A stretch of 64,000 nt of DNA from the human T2T-CHM13v2.0 reference genome, Homo sapiens: assembly GCF_009914755.1 (NCBI RefSeq), contig NC_060927.1; one strand, written 5' to 3'. Positions 54,093 through 64,000 of this stretch are shown piece by piece. Each line of letters opens with the position of its first letter. Within the stretch, counting starts at the first letter, position 1. The notes under the pieces are model-generated. The model searched no databases and was not told the DNA's origin. It was given only the letters and a program-made list of their open reading frames with translations. The position numbers were made by a program, and so were the translations under genes.

Positions 54093-57000
54093 GAAGAACG
54101 CTGTAGGCACGCATCAAGTACAACTCAGTTGGTTTAAACTGAAATGCCACAGAACAATTCTGAATTCCAAAATGCAAAGCTTTGGATAAAACAGCCTGAA
54201 CAAGTACAAAAAGACAATAAATTTGTAGACACTTCTTCCCAACCTTCAAATTAGGAAGATTTGTTCTGTGTAAAAGTATAGTTTCTGATCCTTAAAATTC
54301 TATGTGTTGAAGGCACCTCAGCATATCTCTGCAGTGTAAAAGCAGTGCTTCAGGCAGCATGACTTATTTTCATGTCACCTCAGATTTCTTGGATCTAATA
54401 TTCAAAGACAGAGTGGAAATAATAATACTTAGTGGAAGGATTCTTGGACATGTAATGAAATGCAGAGCATCTTGAGACTTTTGACCAAGTAATGTTTGGT
54501 CATTTACCTTCCTGTTTGGTTGGAACAGGAGTGGTGATTCCAGCCATTGCATGATTGAGCCTCATTTGTTTTTATTCTTTCCTGCCCCGAATTCTTCCAT
54601 TTTAAGTGTCTTAAAGAGGTAGTTATTCTTGCCTAAGAAGTAAACTAAAGTATAACATATTTGCTATAATAATGCTGATATAATGTTACTGTGATAAAGT
54701 ATAAGTGTCAAGTAGTTTGGCAAAAAGATTTCACCAGGTTGAGCATAGTAACACAGGGAAAATGAGCCATTTAAAACAGGGAAAAAAAATGTTTCTGTGA
54801 AACCGGGGAGAAAAAAACAGCCATTTTTTTCCCTGTTTTACAAATGACTCATTTGTAAAATAGGGAACAAAATGAGCCCATTTAAAATTTAATAAATGTA
54901 TTTTTAACATTTGTATTCTCAAAATAAATTTTAAAATAGAGTATACCAAACATGCTATTCTCTGAGGAGTTTAATGCATGTTATTATTTTACAGAAATTT
55001 AAGTTATTTTAAATATGTAAAGGATGGTAAAGCTTCCCTATAGTTCAGTATTGACCACCTCTCCTCAACCTGTCTCTAAAGGTAGGAGAAAACTGATTTA
55101 TTCTCCTTGTATTCTCTTCTTTCTCTGCTCCGTCATTAGTTTGCTGATATTTTCTGTTCGGAAAGGGGGTGAAGAACCTTCCCCCCTTTGAGGGAGATAA
55201 GTTTTGGTTTCCCTGTAATATGGAACAAACTTCATACCTGGCGAGCACAAAGAAATTATTATTTTGCCAAAGTATGTTCTGCAGACCACATATTCCAGAA
55301 ATTACACTTCTAAGCAAAATAATGTTTGATAATTTGAATTTGGGAAAAAAACTGCTTACTACATTCTTTGATACTGATATGCAATACACATTACCATGTT
55401 ACAGTCTTAAGAAGTTGTTCAGTTAACTGTTAATTTTATTTAATCTGGTATTTACCGTATTTAATTTATGAATCACTGTAAGATTTTAATTTTTTTTTAA
55501 TTAATGTTCCATGCAATTCATGGAAAAGACTGATGTAGATGTTTTATTTGATAGATGAGGAGCCTGAGGCCTAAGGCTAAGTAACTTTACCAAAGTCGTA
55601 GAGATAATAAAACTAGGACTGACTTTCTTCAGTGTTTTAAATCTTTTTATTTGTTTATTTGAATTACTGCATTAGGAACAAGTATATCCACATTAGGAAC
55701 ATACTTTTTTTTTCAAATGGGACAGTTGAGTATCTGCTCATTGATAGCATCCCCCCTGATTCTCCTGATTTGTCTTGGTGACTAAGTTGAGTATTATACC
55801 ACTAACTTCTATGATAGTTAAGTTCTCAGGCCTGTATACATTGCTTATTTTGAGTGATTGTTTTATTTTAGTTTACCTTGTGCTGTTGCTTTCCACCGAG
55901 ACTGTCCTCAGAAAGTTGGTCATTTTGCTTATGAGTTTATTAGTTGTCCAACCACTTTGGCTCTTTCATCACACCAACTTGTGGGCCATGGGATATTATT
56001 ACTATGGATAATGCTTGTTAGTTATACATTTTATATTTATAGTATATGACTATGGGTCTGACTTAAACGTGTATTATGTATTTCTATATCTAATAATTGT
56101 TAGAAATCCTCTTTATATAGTATAATGCATAATCATATGTCTAATTTAGATAATATCTAGTAACAATAAAGAAATGTAAATATAACATGTTTACATATAA
56201 TATTTATTGGAGATTTGTTTCTATAATATATGAATAGTTATGCCGGACTTAAATATATGTTATACACGTTGTGCGTGCGTTATATAAAGAGAAAGAACAC
56301 TTGTGCCCATCCCTTCTGCCTACATTATTTAGATTTCCATCTCTATTGGGCTTAGCTGAGCAAAGTGTCACCGGATAGTTTTAATTGATCAAATATACTA
56401 TTTTGTATGTGATCTTAGATTTTTTTTTCAGATTTTTTTAGTGCCATTAAAATGCTCTAACAGCCTCTTATTTTGTTGTAATTTTTTTTGTTGTCAGTTG
56501 CTTTTTCTTTTTTCCAATTAGTTTAGTAAATGTCCTTTATAAATCAGAATAGACCCTCCTTTTTCAAATGGATACTGATAAAAATTGACAGCTGTCACTG
56601 CCAGTTAAGGCAGAAATTAAGAGATGGTACTAAAATAGGAATCCTGTTTTCAGTTAATGTGTGTTTAAAAGTTTTGCCCTGTGTGTTCTTTTTTGATTTG
56701 CACATGCATCTGACTTTAAATTGGAAGATGCAGAGTAGCTCTAAGGAGTCTTCAAGACATTTTTGCAGCCTTTAAACAACCTTTGGTTTTCTCTCTGTGT
56801 TGCTCAAAGTAGAGAGACAGGTACTTTGTTATCTGAAGCTTATGACATGCTCTCTGCTTCAATCAAAATGACCACCCATCAGTTGCAAGAGCAGAGAGAG
56901 AGGTTTGTGAGAGTAGTCTGAGATCCAGTTGCAACTGTACAGTGTCACATTTATGGTGGTATGACATTTGTGAGTCTTTCCCTTCAGAGTTAACCTAGTA

Positions 57001-57310
57001 AAAAAAGTTATTCTCATATATCATTAGTAATCCTTATGAATTTCTATCATTGTTTTCCTGCTGTTACTTAAACACTGATAGGAATTTATGTAATCATATT
57101 AGGCTTGAGCATAACTCTCTCATGAGTTTCCATATTTTAAGTTATAAAATTGGCTATGTTTAATGTGATTATCTAGACAGTGCTCGTGTGTATCACTTGG
57201 TGAGATTGAATTTAGGCTGTTTTTTTCGTTCTATTGAAGGGGGATTTTTTTTTTCCATGTGTTACTTTTAATAGAGTTCATCAGTCTGGCATCCTTTTGT
57301 TTTTGATCCT

Positions 57311-57325
57311 GCCACTAGATGGCAG
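57311..57325 (+). promoter_or_regulatory. Candidate CTCF site
   Basis: GCCACTAGATGGCAG is a close match to the CTCF core CCASYAGRKGGCRS. Confidence 0.6.
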
Positions 57326-57644
57326 GAGCAATAAAAGGTAGATTGAAATGCCAACTTTAGTTGGCCTTAGCTGCTTTGTACTTTACCTTGGTTGTTCTCT
57401 GTCCCTATTAGTGCTGAATTTTGGGTATATATGAAGTGTTGCAAATAGTGGTACTTAGTCCTATAAGAAAGATCTGGTACCTTATATAGCCTGAGAGGGC
57501 CTACTAATAGGGTAAAGGAGAAAGAATAGAATAATCCTTGAGGTGTTCTAACACTTTGTCTTTTGCCTTTTACTTTTCTATTTTTCTTCTCCCTTTGTTG
57601 AATTGTACTCCTTTCCTTTATTTCCTGATTGTGGTTTTTGGGTG

Positions 57645-57969
<325 letters not shown>

Positions 57970-58184
57970 TGATTCTTTTATGCTTACGTTAGCATCCATA
58001 ATTGGTCATTTCTGTTGGTGGTACTAGTCGCTTTCTCATTTACCGTTCCCACGAATACATGTTAACTTGGCCAGTTTTGGTAGTCGTATGTGTAACAACA
58101 AACTGTTATAGGTGGCTTTGTAAATCTTTACAGAAAGGGTTATTTTCAAGAGAGCCTGTTAATTGATAGTCTTTGAAGAACAGA

Positions 58185-58651
58185 GTGATAGACAGAGTCT
58201 AGGGTGATGGGATGTTGCTTCCGTGATTATGTGACGTTGTGTAAAACTTTGTCTTACCAGTAGACTTGCACCAGAGACTCCTTGCTGGCATTATAAGATA
58301 AGCAGCCCTGTTAGGGAAGCCTATGTGGCAAGGAACTACTAACAGCCTCTATGATGTTTCCACCAACAGCCAGGAAGAAACCAGGGCCCCTCAGTCCTAT
58401 AACCTCAAGGAAATGAATTCTGCTAGAAGCCTGAGTGAGCTTGGAAGCAGATTATTTCCCTAATTTAGCCTCCACATAAGAACCCAACCCTGGTGACATC
58501 CTGATGTCAACCTTGTGCGACCCTAAACAGAAGATCCAGCTAAACTGTGCCTAGATTCCTGACCCATGAAGCTATGATAGAATTAGTATATGTTGGTTTA
58601 AGCCACTGAGTTTGTTTAAAATTGCTGTATAAGCAATAGGAAACTAATACA
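58185..58651 (+). mobile_element. MLT1E-like MaLR LTR
   Basis: CCAACAGCCAGGAAGAAACCAGGGCCCCTCAGTCCTATAACCTCAAGGAAATGAATTCTGC...AAACTAATACA. Confidence 0.78.
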
Positions 58652-59267
58652 AATACCCTTCGTAAACCTTTCTTTCCATCTCTGAATGTTACTACCTAAC
58701 TTCTCTCTGATCTCATGTAATCAAAAAATATTGATTGAATACCTCTTACTTGCCAGGGACTATGGCTACAGTATTGTGAACCCAAATAGACATGATTCTA
58801 GTTTAGTGAGGGAGTTAGACTTGAACCAGTAAGAATGACCAATGCTGTCAAGGAACATGATACAATGAGAGCTTATAATAGGGAGATAAACTAAACACAT
58901 TGTCTTTTTAGGAATCCTTATTTGACTTTTAAAAACTTATACTTACTACATTGCTTTCTTACCTTTTTTTTTAAAGCATATTTCTGCCATCACAAAACTT
59001 GTTCTATCTTTATTTTCTGTTAGCATTATGAAAACTACCTATGTGTATTTTTTAACCCTTACGAGTGTTCTTTCCTCTCTCAAGAACACTTCTCCTCTTT
59101 TCCTGCCTTTTTGCTCAATAATTCATCCAGGTTTAAGTTAGATGTCAGTTGTAGAAGCCATCCACGAGTCCTTTGGACAGTAAGCTTTGTGAGGACAGGT
59201 CCGTCCTGTTTGCTAGTATCTTTAGCACCCAGTGTGATACATAAGATAGGCTCTTAAAACCAAATAA

Positions 59268-60190
<923 letters not shown>

Positions 60191-62204
60191 TGAGCGAAGA
60201 AGGTATCCTTTAGTACCCCCTGGGTTCTCTGCTTAATTATATTTTCTTGTTGCCTCTTCCTCCTGTGAGATTGTCAGCTCTGTGAGGTCAGGGACCAAGT
60301 TTGCCTGTGGTTCTTAGAATTGTGTACTTGTATGCAGAATGCCCAAGTTTATTGGCCCTGAAGTGAATAGTTATTTGAGATCTATAATCTATTCATAGAT
60401 TATATCCATATTTTATGGCTGCATTTTTAAGAAAAATATTTGCATTATTACAGAATCTTACATTCAGTGTTTTTCTTTATGTAGCTTCTAGCTTTTTCTG
60501 TTCTAGGATTCACAAAAGACATCTGTTTAAGTGTTGGTAGAGTAGTCTTGCTCCAACTACAATTTTGCCAACCACAGTTTGAGATAGCACAGTGCTATAT
60601 TTGTAAACCAAAGTTTAAAAATCAGATTTTAAGAAACAAATTGTGGTTTATTTTATTCTCCTTAAAAAAATGAAAACTCAATATTAATCTTGTTTTCTTG
60701 TGAATCCCTTCCTGCCAGTTCTTAACTTTTTGAGCCAATGGAAAAAATGAGCCTTGGTCATTTAATCTTTTTGATCAAAAGCCCTTAAACACCAGAGTAA
60801 TTTGAAAAAGAACCAGGTGGTTACATAGCTTTTTGTCTAACTAGTACTATCTCTCGTTGTTGTTGTTTGTTTTTGTTTTGCTGTTTTGTTTTCCCTGATG
60901 AAAATAATACTAAATTTTAAATGATTTAATGGCCGTGTCAAAAACTTGAAAGATAAGTGTGTAGATAGTCTGAATTTCCCAAAACCGCGTCAGCAGCTCC
61001 AAGGTGTAATTTCTCTGAAACTTTAAGAAGGTAACTCAGAGCAGATTTTTCAGTGCTGGTGAGTTTTAATTTATTCATCAAGTAGATGGCTTTTTATTGT
61101 GATTTATGTTGGAGGTCTTCTAAAAAATAATTTTGAAATTCTGCAAAACTTTTATGCACACTTTTCTGGTAAGAGAATCCATATTTTCATCAGATTCTTA
61201 CAGACCCTCACCCAGAAAGATTAAAAACCCTGCCTTTACCTCTATTTTCTCTAAGATTTTTATTTTGCCAGCTGCTGGTTTTGCCAACTTTAAGAAACAT
61301 AACAGCCCTAAAGTCAACAAGAATTTATTCTATAGTGATTGTTTACCTATATTGACCATCAGTATGTATTTGATATGTTTGTTGGGTCTGTTTTCTTCAT
61401 GATTGTTTTTACTCTCTTTTTGACCTTCTTGGGTGCAGAACTGGATCATAATTACTGGATTCCACTGACTGGCCTCTCTGCCTCTGTGTTCCAAACCATT
61501 CCAGACATATAAGAATGATGAAAAAGAAATATTCCCATCAGCATACCTGGTTTTTGTTTTGCAATCTCTGGTTAGAATATACTTGTTCTCAATTATAGTA
61601 CCAATTTTGTGGGGAATATATATCCTTCTTGGCAAGATGTTTAGGAATGCCAAAATCTAAAACTGTGTGGCTGCATGCATATCCTGTCACCTGCTCACTT
61701 ACTCTGTGCTGCCTCTATTTCAAATCCTCTTGTTATTCTTGAGGTGGTTCCTAGCTATAAAAACCTATGAAAAGATAAAAATAACATGATTCTTGCAAAA
61801 AATTGTTAGGATAAGCTTTATATTTAAAGAAAATTCATGAGTCTGCATTTTGATATCTGTATTCTATTTTAAGAACACTGTTAGATGTTGATACACTTAA
61901 TCAAAACTTAATTTGATTAAGGAAATAGCGTTTCTTTCTTTTTCTCCTTGATAGTTCTGTTACTCCTGCTTCTCTGTTTTGGCCCTGATTGCTGGGAAAC
62001 TAAGTCACATTACACATTTGAATCATAGGCCCTTATTACTTAAATATTTGTGTGTTTTATCCAATCTCAACTTATTTATACTTGTCTTGTTCTTTAGTCT
62101 TTTTACATTATCTTTGTTTTATTATGTATTTTTGTGGAACCAGAAAAGTGATAAACTAGGATACCCTTAAAGGTCTCAGAATCTTAAACATTAGTTAACA
62201 TCAC

Positions 62205-64000
62205 TTTATTTTATTGATATATAATATTTTACATATTTAATGGTGTACATATCATATTTTGTAGCATACATAGAATGTGTAATGATCCAGTCAAGTTATT
62301 TAGGGGTATCCATCTTGAGTATTTATTATTTCTACGTGTTGGGAACATTTCAAGTTCTCTCTTTTAGCTACTTTGAAATACATAGTAAATTGTTGCTAGC
62401 TATGGTCACCCTACTCTGCTATACAACATTAGAATTTATGCCTTGTATCTAACAGTATTTTTGTACCCATTGACCAATCTCTCTTCATCTCTGCTTCTCT
62501 CCTATCCACCATACTTTGCCTAGCCTCTGGTATCTGTCTACCTCACTGAGATCAACTTTTTTTTTTTTTCCGTTCCCACGAATGAGTGAGAACTGTGAAA
62601 TTTGTCTTTCAGTGTCTGGCTTATTTTACTTAACATAATGACTCCAGTTCCATCCATGTTGCTGCAGATGACATACTTTTATTCTTTTTATGGCCAAATA
62701 ATATTCCATTGTGCTTATATACCACACTTCCTTTATTCATTTGTCTGTTGATGGACTCCTAGGTTGATTCTGCATCTTCGCTGTTGTGAATAGTGCTGTA
62801 GTAAACGTGTGAACGCACGTGTCCCTTTGATGTACTAATTTCTTCTCCTTTGGATAAATACCCAGTAGTGGGGTTGCTGGATTATATGGTAGTTCTATTT
62901 TTAGTTTTTGGAGAAATCTCCACACTCTTTTCCAAGTGGCCATATAATTTATGTTCCCAAAGCAATGTATAAGAGTTCTGTTTTCTCTGCACCCTTGTCA
63001 GCATTTGTTATTGTCTTTTTCAATAATAGCCATTCTAACTTGGGTAAGATGATACCTAATTGTGATTTTTATTTGCATTTCTCTGATGATTAGTGACGTT
63101 GAACATTTTTTCATATGCTTCTTGGCCATTTGTATGTCTTCTTTTGAGAAATATCTGTTCATGTCCTTTGCTTATTAATGTGATGATGATGATGATTTAC
63201 TGTTGTGTGAGTTCTTTCTAGGTTCTGCATATTAGTCCCTTGTTGAATGAATAGTTTACAGTATATTCTGTCTTTCAGTAGGTTGTGTCTTCACTCTGTT
63301 GATTATTTCCTTTGCTGTGCAGAGTTTTTTGGTTTAATACAGTGCCATTTGTCTCTTTTTGTTTTTGTTTTCTGTGCATTTAAGGTCTTAGCATAAAATC
63401 TTTGCCTTGACCATTATCCTAAAGTGGTTTTTTATTGTTTTCTTCTACTTTTATAGTTTGGGATCTTATGTTTAAGCCTTTAATCCATCTTGAGTTAATT
63501 TTGCATAAAGGGAGAGAGATAGAGGTCCAGTTTCATTTTTCTACATATCGATATCCAATTTTCCCAGCACCATGTATTGAAGACTATGTCCTTTCCCCAG
63601 TGTTCGTTCTTGAAGCCTTCGTTGAAAATCAGTTGGCTGTAAATATGTGGATTTACTTTTGGATTCTCTGTTCTGTGCCATTGGTCTGTGTCTTTTTATA
63701 CTAAAACCATGCTGTTTGGGTTACTGTAGTCTTATAAAATCAGGTAGTTTGGCCTCCAGCTTTGTTCTTTTTGCTCATGGTTGCTTTGGCTATTCTCACT
63801 CTTCCTTGGTTCTTTATTAATTTCAGGACTGTTTTTTCTATTTCTGTAACAAATGACATTGGTATTTTGATAGGGCTTGTGTTCAATCTGTATGTATACT
63901 GCTTTGGGCAGTATGCTCATTTTAACAATACTAATATTTCCGATCCATGGGCATGGGATGTCTTTCCATTTGTTTGTGTCCCTTTAATTCTTTTATCATT
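62205..64000 (-). mobile_element. L1MA-type LINE-1, 3' UTR plus degenerate ORF2 end, running off the window
   Basis: Minus-strand remnants WRFLQKLKIELPYNPATPLLGIYPKE and MSILPKAVY; L1MA-like 3' UTR. Confidence 0.92.

Noticed and set aside
62205-64000. Functional L1 ORF2
   Set aside because: Only short frameshifted and stop-interrupted remnants of an old L1MA copy.

Overview
Human (primate) genomic DNA: Alu-, L1-, MaLR- and MIR-rich, AT-rich, with one large CpG island at about 38.3-40.3 kb. The only protein-coding sequence I can support is coding exon 1 of STT3B (catalytic subunit of oligosaccharyltransferase complex B), 39465-39778 on +, ending at a canonical TG|GTAAGT donor. Positions 1-38.3 kb are upstream intergenic DNA and 39779-64000 is part of intron 1; I did not find exon 2 in the window. 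Nearly all other ORFs in the track are repeat-derived or GC-rich shadows. I see no new multi-gene system. The best leads are: a HERV-H solo LTR7 about 26 kb upstream; a nested cruciform centred on a perfect AP-1 site in intron 1; a mosaic templated insertion at 28.56 kb; two candidate uORFs and a hairpin in the STT3B leader; young AluYg6 and AluYd insertions; inverted Alu pairs; and a strong CTCF motif. Repeat subfamily names come from recalled consensus sequences, and boundaries of old repeats are approximate.
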